Shown piece by piece: positions 28,706 through 37,133 of a DNA stretch of 52,937 bases. Below the pieces are notes generated by a model. It was not told the DNA's origin, searched no databases, and saw nothing but the letters and a program-made list of their open reading frames with translations. Location of the stretch: positions 1 to 52,937 of the IMG/VR virus record IMGVR_UViG_3300044611_001951; one strand, 5' to 3'. How positions within the stretch are numbered: position 1 is the first letter of the stretch; every line of letters begins with the position of its first letter. The stretch comes from a virus. Lineage: Duplodnaviria > Caudoviricetes. The position numbers and the translations under genes were made by a program.

Positions 28706-28752
28706 GGCCCGTTGCCGTCCGAATCCCGGACCGCAGCGGGCCTTTTTCGTTT
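28706..28752 (+). terminator. Intrinsic terminator
   Basis: GGCCCGTTGC…GCAGCGGGCC stem followed by TTTTTCGTTT. Confidence 0.75.
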
Positions 28753-28974
28753 GGCCTGGCGCCGTCCAAATCCTGGACATCGGGGCCGGCCGCCCCAAAC
28801 CCCAAACCACCAAGCCTCAGACCACAGCCGCGGCGCAGCTACCTGTCACACATTCCCCCCGCTCGAGAACGACACCGCCGCACAGATTCTCGGTTTTTCT
28901 TGTTCCCTCGGCTGTGCTGCGCGGCTACACTCGCAGAGCGCGATCCAACCCACGCGCCGCCCGAGGATGACCCG

Positions 28975-29241
28975 ATGACGAACACTCCCGCCAGGATTCG
29001 CGCAGGCTTCAAGTACCTGCTGAACGACGGCTTCACAGAAGCTTGGATTGCTGGCCCCGCCAAGTGCGCGCCTTTCGATGGCCTTGCCGTTTTTTACTCC
29101 GTGCAAGGCGACTGGTTCCTAGAAGATGGTCGGCGACTTGGATTGCGCGCTGATTTGGACGGCGCGACAACTCGGATGGTGTTGTCTGCGGACAACTGGC
29201 GCTCGATCAATCTCGCCACCGAATCGGAGCGCGATCAATGA
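28975..29241 (+). CDS. Hypothetical protein (88 aa)
   Basis: ATG with GAGGA upstream, ATGA overlap with the next gene, TACACT -10-like box upstream. Confidence 0.55.
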   Translation: MTNTPARIRAGFKYLLNDGFTEAWIAGPAKCAPFDGLAVFYSVQGDWFLEDGRRLGLRADLDGATTRMVLSADNWRSINLATESERDQ

Positions 29242-29618
29242 CGACCACCGAACAACGCGACTCCGTTCGCGTCTACGCATTGTGCTGCCTGATCCGCCGC
29301 GCCGACGGCTCAGTCGATGAAGTGATTGGCGCGCTGGCTGGATTCCAAGAGCGTGAGGCTCGCGGCGTCGCCAGCGTCACGCCCGAGTACGCACGCCGGA
29401 TGCTTGCCACCGACGAGAAGCGCGACGAGCAGACTCTCTACTACGGCGTGTGCGAAGTGGATCTGTTCGAGCCGACGCCGGAATCTCCCAGGCTCGAGAT
29501 CGCCTCGCTCCGCGAGCCCTTCGGCCGCGCCCCGCTCGACGTGCTGGCGCACAACCTCGACAAGATCCCCGCACCTTGGCGCGAGTTCACGCTGCGCCGC
29601 ATTGAGACCTCGAACTGA
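29238..29618 (+). CDS. Hypothetical protein (126 aa)
   Basis: Coupled ORF with GGAG upstream. Confidence 0.6.
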   Translation: MTTTEQRDSVRVYALCCLIRRADGSVDEVIGALAGFQEREARGVASVTPEYARRMLATDEKRDEQTLYYGVCEVDLFEPTPESPRLEIASLREPFGRAPLDVLAHNLDKIPAPWREFTLRRIETSN

Positions 29619-29619
29619 C

Positions 29620-30576
29620 ATGACGCTGCAAATCTTCAGCACCACCGCAGAGTGGCTCGCTGCGCGCAAGCACTCAATCGGCGCTTCGGAGTCTCCCGCG
29701 CTGATGGGCGCTAACCCGTGGCGCGGATCGTTCGCTGTGTACGCCGGCAAGGTCGGCGAGCACGAAGAGGAAGAGACGAGCAAGATGCGCGCGGGCCAAG
29801 TGTTCGAGCGCGCCATCGCCGAGTTCTACGCCATCGAGCGCGATCTCCAGTTGCTCACTCCGCTGGATCGTGCGCGGCGAGACGATCCCGAGCTTGAGGC
29901 TGCGCCCTACGAGGCGCGCGTGATGTGGCGGGCTCCTGGCTCGGTGCTGGCGTGTACGCCCGACTTCTTCGTCAGCGATGGCGCAGAGGGCGAGTGGCCC
30001 GTCGAAGTGAAGCGCGTGGACCCGGACCAATCCCCGAAGTGGAAGGAAGGCCCGCCGCTGTACTACGTGCTCCAGGTGCAACACCAGCTCGGCGTGCTGC
30101 GCGCGTGCGGTATGCAGTACGACGAGGCTGTGCTTGTTGCGGACTTCGGGGGCGATGACGTGCGGCCGTACTACATCCGCTTCGACGCCGAACTGTGGGA
30201 GCTGATCGTTCGGACGTGCGAGTCGTTCTGGCTCGAGCACGTCGGACCGAAGAACCCGCCGGCGGTCGATCACCTGACGACGCCGGAGGACGTTGGCCGA
30301 CTCTACAAGCGCGCCGTTGTCGGCTCGACGGTCGAAGTACCTCTCACGCTGCTTGCGCGCTACCGCGACCTCAAGGCGCAGGAAAAGGCGCTGAGTGAAG
30401 CGCTGGAGCAAGCCCAGGCTGCGCTCAAGGCCGCCATCGGCGAGCACGAAGGCGCGACAGTCGGCGGCGTGCTGTGCGCAACGTGGAAGGAGCGCGTCGC
30501 CAACATTCCGGCGAAGGCCGCCACGGTATCGAAGTCTCGCCCGCTGCTGCTGACGAAGGCGGCGCAGGGCGTCTAA
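29620..30576 (+). CDS. YqaJ-like (lambda-exonuclease family) recombination nuclease
   Basis: EWLAARKHSIGASE…MG.NPW, G..FE..IA, ACTPD, VEVK, YY.LQVQHQL. Confidence 0.92.
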   Translation: MTLQIFSTTAEWLAARKHSIGASESPALMGANPWRGSFAVYAGKVGEHEEEETSKMRAGQVFERAIAEFYAIERDLQLLTPLDRARRDDPELEAAPYEARVMWRAPGSVLACTPDFFVSDGAEGEWPVEVKRVDPDQSPKWKEGPPLYYVLQVQHQLGVLRACGMQYDEAVLVADFGGDDVRPYYIRFDAELWELIVRTCESFWLEHVGPKNPPAVDHLTTPEDVGRLYKRAVVGSTVEVPLTLLARYRDLKAQEKALSEALEQAQAALKAAIGEHEGATVGGVLCATWKERVANIPAKAATVSKSRPLLLTKAAQGV

Positions 30577-30615
30577 CCACCAACCCACCACCACGACACG
30601 AACGAGAATCTCCCG

Positions 30616-31824
30616 ATGGAACAGACCGACAAGATCCAGACCCAACAGGCGCAGGCCCCGCGCGTGGACCTGAGCATGATGGGCTTGCAGCCGACGACCT
30701 TCGACCAGCTTTGGGCGGCGTCGCAGGCGCTCGCCAAGAGCGACGTTGTGCCCGTCGCGTACCGCGGCAAGCCCCACAACGTCCTGGCGGTCGGGATGCG
30801 CGGCGCCGAGATGGGCGTCTCGTTGCTCGTGGCGCTCGGCGAAATGCACGTCATCGACGGCAAGGTCGGGATGAGCGCGGACCTGCTCGTTGCGCGAGTG
30901 CGCGCTTCGGGGAAATGCTCCTACTTCAAGCTGCTCCAGGTCACGGACGAGATCGCCAAGTACGAGGGCAAGCGCTCGGACACGGGCGAAGTCCAGGCGA
31001 TGGACTACACGCTCGCCGAGGCGCAGGCCGCGGGGCTGCTCGGCAAACAGAACTGGAAGGGCAACCGGCGCGCGATGCTGATGGCCCGCGCTTCGGCCCG
31101 CTTGGCGCGCGAGCTCTGGCCGGACGTGTGCGTCGGCCTGTACGTCCGCGACGAGCTCGACGAGATCCGCTCGCAGACGCCCGACGCCGCCGTGCAGGCG
31201 ACCTCGCGCCCGACGACGATCGACGCCGTGAAGGCGCAGGCCCGTGAACGCCTTGGGATCGCTCAGGCTGCGTCTGCGCCGCAGGCGACCTCCGAGCCGC
31301 GTCAGGCAGAGATCGTGCAAGGCGCGCAGGCGCAGGCGTTCCCGCCGCCGCCGGACGACCACGAGGACGCCGAGGCGTTCTTCGGCGACGCGCCGCGCAA
31401 CGAGGAGCCGGATGGCTCCAACGCTGGAGACCTGCCGGATCAGGAGCCGCGCACGCCGGCGCATCCGCTGGTGAGCCCGGCGAACTGGTACGCGCCCGAC
31501 ATGGGCGGCGTGGACGTGAACGACGGCAGCGAGCTCGAGCTTCGCCTTCCCGCGCGCATCGACAACTTCGGCGCGCTGATGCACGAAAACGTCTGGAGTT
31601 CGGGACCGCTCAAGGCGTGGACTCCGGCTCAGGCGCTCCAGGGCGGCGAAGGCGGCGGGCGCCACACTCTGCTGCGCAAGGCCGTGGACTTCGCCGTCTC
31701 CAAGCGCTTCGAGCCTCACCTGATCCCGCGCGGCGCGCTGGTCGCCGACTGGTGCCTCGCGCTGCTCGAGCGGCGCTACGCGCTGATGCGCGCGGCCGGC
31801 CTCGCCACGAGCGACGAAGCCTAG
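30616..31824 (+). CDS. recT: RecT/Redbeta-family single-strand annealing protein
   Basis: SDVVP.AYRGKP…G.EMG…MHVIDGK, A..AGL..K.NW…ML.ARA…WPDV..GLY..DE. Adjacent to the YqaJ nuclease. Confidence 0.85.
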   Translation: MEQTDKIQTQQAQAPRVDLSMMGLQPTTFDQLWAASQALAKSDVVPVAYRGKPHNVLAVGMRGAEMGVSLLVALGEMHVIDGKVGMSADLLVARVRASGKCSYFKLLQVTDEIAKYEGKRSDTGEVQAMDYTLAEAQAAGLLGKQNWKGNRRAMLMARASARLARELWPDVCVGLYVRDELDEIRSQTPDAAVQATSRPTTIDAVKAQARERLGIAQAASAPQATSEPRQAEIVQGAQAQAFPPPPDDHEDAEAFFGDAPRNEEPDGSNAGDLPDQEPRTPAHPLVSPANWYAPDMGGVDVNDGSELELRLPARIDNFGALMHENVWSSGPLKAWTPAQALQGGEGGGRHTLLRKAVDFAVSKRFEPHLIPRGALVADWCLALLERRYALMRAAGLATSDEA

Positions 31825-31848
31825 CCACGACAACTACACCCGCGACAA

Positions 31849-31907
31849 CCCCGGAGCACGGGTTGGCTCGCGCTGCTGCTCCGGGGGTCATCCATGCAGC
31901 GCGGGCC
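31849..31907 (+). ncRNA. Predicted H-type RNA pseudoknot downstream of recT
   Basis: Stem 1 CCCCGGAGCA/UGCUCCGGGG (10 bp). Stem 2 GGCUCGCGCUGC/GCAGCGCGGGCC (12 bp, one G-U). Linker GUCAUCCAU. Confidence 0.65.
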
Positions 31908-31947
31908 GCTACCTGTCACAAATCAACACCAACCCGAGGGACATGAC

Positions 31948-33120
31948 ATGAACGGGCACGAAAAGAAACTGCGGGAGGCGTGGGCCGGAGCGAGCGAGAC
32001 GGCGCGTAACTGGTTCGCTGTGGTGGACGAAGGCCGCAACATCTACGGCATTTGCTCCGCAGTCCGCGCCTTCTGCGAGAGCGAGCCGAGCGCCGCCGTG
32101 CTGGTTGCGGGCGACGGCACCTTGTGGGCCGACGATCGCCGCATAACCGCTGCCGCCCCCGCCGTGGTCGAGCCCGAGGCGCTGCGCAAGGTGCGGGAGG
32201 CGTGGGCTGGCCACAGCGCGAAGGCTAAGGCAAGGGCGCTGCGGGGCTTCCGGGGTGCCAGCGGCTACAGGCCGAGCGACGAGCTTTTCCGCGCCCTCGC
32301 CGACCTCCTCGAAAGCGCGCCGGTGGAGGGGGGCGAGACACAGCGCGCCCTGTTCGCCGACTTGCAACGTGCGTTGGTCGCCGAAGATGAGCGCGACAAG
32401 CTGCGCGCCAAGCTCGCCGCCGCCGAGAAGGAGCGGGACGAGGCGCGAAGCGAAACGAACATCATGCGGACGCAGCTTCGCGATCAGTCCGATATGTGCA
32501 ACAAGGCAGCGTCCAGGCGCGACTATCTGCGCGATTGCTTGCAGCGAGCCGAGAACGCCCGCGACGAGGCAATCTCGCACATCGCTCAGTTCCAAGATAT
32601 TGCCCGTCAGCGCGACGCGGCCAAGCGCGAGGCGGAAGCGATGCGCGCGGAGCAGGGCGGAATGCGTGCGATGGCGGACGCTTCCAACCGCAGCTACAAG
32701 GCGCAGCTCGCCGACCTGCAACGCGCGCTGACCGAGGAGAAGAAGGCGCACAACGAGGCGCTGGCCCGCGCCTGGCTCGCCGCGCCGCTGTCCGCGCCCG
32801 ACGCGCCCGACGAGTACACGCGCGCTGCGGTGGAGTTCGCGGAGGCGTCGGTTGACGATCGCGTTAGCTACTCGAACTTCGAGCCGATCGAGGATGCGTG
32901 GAAAGCGCTCTACGATGCCCGCCAACGCGGCGAGCCGAGCGCGCCCGTGTCCTCGCCGCCGCCCGCGCGCGTGCTGGAGTGCTGGGTCTTGCAATATCAC
33001 GGCGCTTCGGCGCGCATTGTCATTGGCGACATTGAGGCCGCGCGCAAGATCGGAACGCACGCTGAATGCTTCCACCGCGTCGCCCTGCCGGTCATCGAGA
33101 CCGTGGAGCGTGGGGCGTGA
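31948..33120 (+). CDS. Hypothetical coiled-coil protein with internal repeats (390 aa)
   Basis: K(L/V)REAWAG x2, ADLQRAL x2, ERD-type heptads. Confidence 0.7.
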   Translation: MNGHEKKLREAWAGASETARNWFAVVDEGRNIYGICSAVRAFCESEPSAAVLVAGDGTLWADDRRITAAAPAVVEPEALRKVREAWAGHSAKAKARALRGFRGASGYRPSDELFRALADLLESAPVEGGETQRALFADLQRALVAEDERDKLRAKLAAAEKERDEARSETNIMRTQLRDQSDMCNKAASRRDYLRDCLQRAENARDEAISHIAQFQDIARQRDAAKREAEAMRAEQGGMRAMADASNRSYKAQLADLQRALTEEKKAHNEALARAWLAAPLSAPDAPDEYTRAAVEFAEASVDDRVSYSNFEPIEDAWKALYDARQRGEPSAPVSSPPPARVLECWVLQYHGASARIVIGDIEAARKIGTHAECFHRVALPVIETVERGA

Positions 33121-33368
33121 GCAAGCACAACGACGGCGGCGCGGCGTATCCGAGCGACGCGCACACTGGATGGACCGACGCGGGAGTGCCTATCCGCACG
33201 CCATGCGACCGTGGCCTCACCAAGCGCGAGCTGTTCGCGGCGATGGCGATGCAGGGGATGCTGGGCAACGCAAATTGCACCTTTGGCGATGCGGCCCGGT
33301 GCGCGTCCGAAGCGACGAGGATCGCCGACGCCCTACTCGCCGAGCTTGCGCGCGAGGTGTCCCAATGA
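33117..33368 (+). CDS. Small conserved-type phage protein
   Basis: DGG.AYP…GLTKRELFAAMAMQG…ADALLAEL, a motif I recognise from common phage hypothetical proteins. Confidence 0.75.
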   Translation: MSKHNDGGAAYPSDAHTGWTDAGVPIRTPCDRGLTKRELFAAMAMQGMLGNANCTFGDAARCASEATRIADALLAELAREVSQ

Positions 33369-33688
33369 CCGCGTGGACTAGCGAGCCGCCGCGCGAGGGG
33401 GCGTTCATCGCAAACCCCATCATCGGCACCATCACCGTCGCCGCTCCGTTCGAGCGCGATGGGCGACGCTACGACGCGACCGTCACGTTCGACTTGCACG
33501 CGGACGGCCAGCGCTCGTTGCGCAAGCAGGACGTCACGAGCGGAGTCTACATCGTCAACGACCAAGACTTCGAGGAGGACGCCTACGCGCTCATGCACAA
33601 GTGGAACACGCGCGAGCTTGAGATCGAGGTCGAGCAGTTGAAGGCGGAACTTCGCGCCGTGCGTGCGATGGAGGCGAGCCGTGGCTAG
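33365..33688 (+). CDS. Hypothetical protein (107 aa)
   Basis: ATGA overlap, GAGG upstream. Confidence 0.6.
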   Translation: MTAWTSEPPREGAFIANPIIGTITVAAPFERDGRRYDATVTFDLHADGQRSLRKQDVTSGVYIVNDQDFEEDAYALMHKWNTRELEIEVEQLKAELRAVRAMEASRG

Positions 33689-33962
33689 CGACTCCGCAGA
33701 CATGTGGCGCGACGTACGCAAGCACGCTCAGGCCAAGCGCGCGAGCAATCGCCAAGGGAGCGCGGACGTACTGCGCCGCGAAGGCATCGCGTTCGAGGCT
33801 CGCAACGACGGCGCGCACCTGATCGTCAGCGTGGGCGAGCGCGTGGCTGATTTCTGGCCGGGCACGGGGCTGTTCCAAGTGCGCGGCGGGAAGCGTGGGC
33901 GTGGCGTGTGCAACCTAGTGAAGCAGCTCCGCGCCCTAGAGCGCGGCGAGGAAATCAAATGA
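33681..33962 (+). CDS. Small conserved-type phage protein (93 aa)
   Basis: N.G.HLIV…DFWPGTG…RGV.NL motif, GTG with GGAGG upstream. Confidence 0.7.
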   Translation: MASDSADMWRDVRKHAQAKRASNRQGSADVLRREGIAFEARNDGAHLIVSVGERVADFWPGTGLFQVRGGKRGRGVCNLVKQLRALERGEEIK

Positions 33963-34300
33963 AGCACCCGATTGAACGAATCCGCGACGCCTTCGACCGC
34001 GCGCATCGACGCATCATGGGCGGGCCTGGGAGCGTGCACTACATGACGATCCCGCCGAACCGCGAGCGCGACGTGGACCTGATCCTGACGGACGCGATCG
34101 ACGAACTGGAGTCGCTGCGGGCCGACGCGCTCAAGATCAAGCTCGCCGCGTACCGCGCTGGCGTGGAGGCGGCGGCGAAGGCGTGCGATGACGTGTCCGC
34201 AGGCTACTACCCGCACGCGAAGGGACCCTACAACCACTGCATGAGCGCCATCCGCGCCCTGCCCGACCCCACCCCCGAGACACTGGAGCAAATCAAGTGA
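33959..34300 (+). CDS. Hypothetical protein (113 aa)
   Basis: ATGA overlap, GAGG upstream. Confidence 0.65.
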   Translation: MKHPIERIRDAFDRAHRRIMGGPGSVHYMTIPPNRERDVDLILTDAIDELESLRADALKIKLAAYRAGVEAAAKACDDVSAGYYPHAKGPYNHCMSAIRALPDPTPETLEQIK

Positions 34301-34770
34301 GCACCGAACTGGACCTGGGCGCGCTGCGGGCGCATGCACACGAGTTGCGCGACTGGTACTTCGACATCGACGAGGGCGACGACTCGATCTACGCGACCAA
34401 CAGCGGTCCGCACGATCACCCGCTCGCAGAGATGCGCCGCAAGCCGAAAGAGGCCGTGTGCGCTGCGCTCAACGCCTTCCCCGCCCTCCTCGCCGCCGCC
34501 GGCGAGCGGGATGCGCTGGCGTCTGTCCGCGATGCGCAAATCAACGTGATCGAAATCGTGCGCGCCGATCTCGAACGCACGCTCGCCCAGACCGCCGCGC
34601 TCCAGGCCGAGGTCGAGCGGCTGCGGGCGGTGCTAATGCGCGCTGGCAGCACGCTCGATTACATCAACGACCCCCATGCGCTCAGCCCCAGCGACTCCAA
34701 TCGCGTCGATGACTCGCTGCGCGTGATCCGCGCCGCCCTCGCCCCCGCCGCAGCGAAGGAGGTGCGGTGA
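34297..34770 (+). CDS. Hypothetical protein (ead/Ea22-like pattern)
   Basis: LDL.ALRA…W…AALNA.PALL…AEVERLR. Confidence 0.65.
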   Translation: MSTELDLGALRAHAHELRDWYFDIDEGDDSIYATNSGPHDHPLAEMRRKPKEAVCAALNAFPALLAAAGERDALASVRDAQINVIEIVRADLERTLAQTAALQAEVERLRAVLMRAGSTLDYINDPHALSPSDSNRVDDSLRVIRAALAPAAAKEVR

Positions 34771-34982
34771 TGGCCGGTTCGTACCAGCACTGCATCGACG
34801 AGAGCGGTCAGCTTCTTGAGGAGCCCCTTCTCGACCACATGGGCGACGCGCGCGAGGCGATCGAGCACATGCACTACATGATCCAGGTTCTATCGGAAGG
34901 CGACGGGGCGCGAATCAAGGCTGCGTCCGAGGAAGCCTACGCGCGAATCGCCGCCGCCCAGGAGCCCCACGATGCCCGCTAG
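34770..34982 (+). CDS. Hypothetical protein (70 aa)
   Basis: AAGGAGG upstream, TGATG overlap. Confidence 0.6.
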   Translation: MAGSYQHCIDESGQLLEEPLLDHMGDAREAIEHMHYMIQVLSEGDGARIKAASEEAYARIAAAQEPHDAR

Positions 34983-35172
34983 GGACTGGGCCGACGAGGA
35001 AGCGGACAAGGTCGTGCGCGCCTACGCTGCGCTGTCGGTGACTCGCCGCGATGTCGCACGAGCCCTTCGCGCGGCCGACGCACGCGGGTACAAGCGCGCG
35101 CAGGACGAGTTCAAGCGCATCACGGACGCGGTGTGGCCGATGGTGGAGGAGGACGACAAGGAGCAGGCATGA
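34972..35172 (+). CDS. Hypothetical protein (66 aa)
   Basis: AGGAG upstream, overlaps both neighbours. Confidence 0.6.
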   Translation: MPARDWADEEADKVVRAYAALSVTRRDVARALRAADARGYKRAQDEFKRITDAVWPMVEEDDKEQA

Positions 35173-35444
35173 AGTTTCGAGCTGGTGACTGGGTACATCA
35201 CGCGCCCACTGGTGAGGACTGGATTCTCGCCACGGACGAAGAGGGCGGCTACGTCAACTGGTGCGGCTGGCCCGATGGCATCGCGCGCGCCGACGAATGC
35301 ACGCTCAAGCAGCGCGCATCGGACGTAGACCGCGCGAACGTGCTGCGCGACGTGGCGAACATGCGCGAGGACAACGGAAGCGTGAGCCGCCGCGCGCTGA
35401 TCGCTCAGCGCCAGCTTGCGCAGTCCGACGGGGGCGCGACGTGA
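35169..35444 (+). CDS. Hypothetical protein (91 aa)
   Basis: FRAGDWVHH.PTGEDW…CGWP, AAGGAG upstream. Confidence 0.65.
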   Translation: MKFRAGDWVHHAPTGEDWILATDEEGGYVNWCGWPDGIARADECTLKQRASDVDRANVLRDVANMREDNGSVSRRALIAQRQLAQSDGGAT

Positions 35445-35602
35445 GCAGGCGAGCCATCCTGTCGCGCTGGCGTGGCGCCACACTGCACCCGCCCTACTCG
35501 CCATTGCGTCGCCCGCAGTGGGTCGGCGACCTTGGACTCACCCGCGCCTCGATCAATAAAAGGCGACGGCACGCGAAGAAACACGGGAGGAAATCATGTT
35601 GA
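35441..35602 (+). CDS. Small basic hypothetical protein (53 aa)
   Basis: GTGA overlap, fills the gap in a coupled gene array. Confidence 0.45.
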   Translation: MSRRAILSRWRGATLHPPYSPLRRPQWVGDLGLTRASINKRRRHAKKHGRKSC

Positions 35603-35928
35603 AGGAACTCGACGACTACGACTGGAAGGAAGCGTTCAAGTACGCGCAACCGGATCGCGTCCCTGGGGCCACGGTCTCGGGCGACACGTTCACGCGCGAC
35701 AACGTGGCCGAGATCGCTGGCCTCGCGCTTGGCGACAACGACGGCCCAGATTGGATCGTCTACGGACGGCTCGCCGATGGACGCTGGTTCTCGCTTGCGG
35801 CGGGCTGCGACTACACCGGCTGGGGGTGACAGGAGGGCGGGCGATCCGCAGTTGCGGATACACGGGAAGCGATCGAACGCTTTGGACTGGACGACGAAGA
35901 ACGCGAGCGACTTGGAGTGAAGCTATGA
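35596..35928 (+). CDS. Putative selenoprotein (110 aa, in-frame UGA at codon 78); 77 aa if UGA terminates
   Basis: GGAGG-ATG start. …GCDYTGWG-TGA-QEGGRSAVADTREAIERFGLDDEERERLGVKL stays open and its stop overlaps the next ATG (ATGA). A SECIS-like hairpin follows the UGA. Confidence 0.7.
35844..35859 (+). promoter_or_regulatory. Bacterial SECIS-like hairpin
   Basis: AUCCGC-AGUU-GCGGAU, with 20 nt between the UGA (35827-35829) and the loop, and G-U in the loop. Confidence 0.55.
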
Positions 35929-36449
35929 CACAGGACCGCATCGAGCAGGCGGCGCGCGAGTGCTTAGACGAGGCCCGCTTCGACGGACCTTCGCTGATGG
36001 TGCGCGCTGAGGCCCGCCAGCGAGCCGTTGAAGCCATCGCCGCCCTGATCCGCCGCGAGCGCGAGGATGCGGCGCGGATGGAGCGGGAGCGCCTACAACT
36101 CGCCGAGCTTGACGCCGAGCAACGGCGCATGTGCGCGCACTGCTACGACGCAGGGAAAACGCCGCCGCACACGCGCGAGCAGGCCGAAGAAAACGCGCCC
36201 GTGATTTGCCACAACCCGATTACGTGGCCGATCGCGGACACGGGCGAGTACGACGTGGACTGCGGATGCGCGCCGGTGCCATGCGAGCACTGCGACAAGG
36301 GGCGCGTGCTGATGCTCCAAGACGAGATCTATCGCCTCCAGTTGCGTTTGACGGCTTGCGGAAAGCGAACCGTAGGTGGATTCCTTTCGGACTCGATAGA
36401 CAACCTTCGCGTTAACCCGCGCGCAGAGGCAGAGCGAGGCCCCCAATGA
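35925..36449 (+). CDS. Hypothetical Cys-rich (Zn-binding) protein (174 aa)
   Basis: CAHC…C.C…CEHC, GGAG upstream. Confidence 0.6.
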   Translation: MTQDRIEQAARECLDEARFDGPSLMVRAEARQRAVEAIAALIRREREDAARMERERLQLAELDAEQRRMCAHCYDAGKTPPHTREQAEENAPVICHNPITWPIADTGEYDVDCGCAPVPCEHCDKGRVLMLQDEIYRLQLRLTACGKRTVGGFLSDSIDNLRVNPRAEAERGPQ

Positions 36450-36700
36450 CCCCGCGCGACTTGGAGAGGGCGAGGGAGATCGTGGCGAGCGTCTCCGCTG
36501 CGGGCTACGCGATCGAGTTCGGACACTGCGCGAACACGGCGCTCGTTGCCGCCATCGCCAACTTGGTTCACTCTGAAACCTCGATGCTTCAGCGCAAGCT
36601 TTACGACGCGCACGCGGACCTCAGCGCGGACGGAGGCGTAACGGAGCGCGAATGCGAGTGCGACGACTGCCGAGCCTATCGAGGTGGTCGAGGCGAATGA
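36446..36700 (+). CDS. Hypothetical protein (84 aa)
   Basis: MTPRDLERARE N-terminus, C-terminal CECDDC. Confidence 0.6.
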   Translation: MTPRDLERAREIVASVSAAGYAIEFGHCANTALVAAIANLVHSETSMLQRKLYDAHADLSADGGVTERECECDDCRAYRGGRGE

Positions 36701-36915
36701 CACGCGAGCACACTGATAGCGCCGAGTGCTGGTGCGAACCGTACCTGTACCATCGAAGCGATGTCACGGGACGCGAAGTGTGGGTGCATCGCGCAGCGAA
36801 GCGCATCTCGTCCAACGGCTTACACCTTGGGCTCATGGACAACCCCGCGCCCGAAGTGCTCAGCGCGGCGATCGAGATGGCCGAGAACGACGACGAAAAT
36901 GGAGACCCGCGATGA
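36697..36915 (+). CDS. Hypothetical protein (72 aa)
   Basis: H….CWCEP…VWVH motif, ATGA overlaps. Confidence 0.6.
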   Translation: MTREHTDSAECWCEPYLYHRSDVTGREVWVHRAAKRISSNGLHLGLMDNPAPEVLSAAIEMAENDDENGDPR

Positions 36916-37133
36916 ATCTTGACGACAAGCTCGAAGGCTGGGACGCAGGCTTGCTCGCGCTGATATCGAAGCTCGAAGCGTACAAGTCGTCGCAAGCCAA
37001 CCTCACGCCGAAGGAGACTATCGACGGGTGGGGCGACGCCATCCACGCCGCGCGCAAGCTGATCGGCGACGCACGCACGCAGAAGGGCCTCCTTGCTAGG
37101 GCGCGTGGAGTGGAGCACCGTTATGACCTCTAG
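36912..37133 (+). CDS. Hypothetical protein (73 aa)
   Basis: GGAG upstream, ATGA overlap. Confidence 0.55.
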   Translation: MNLDDKLEGWDAGLLALISKLEAYKSSQANLTPKETIDGWGDAIHAARKLIGDARTQKGLLARARGVEHRYDL

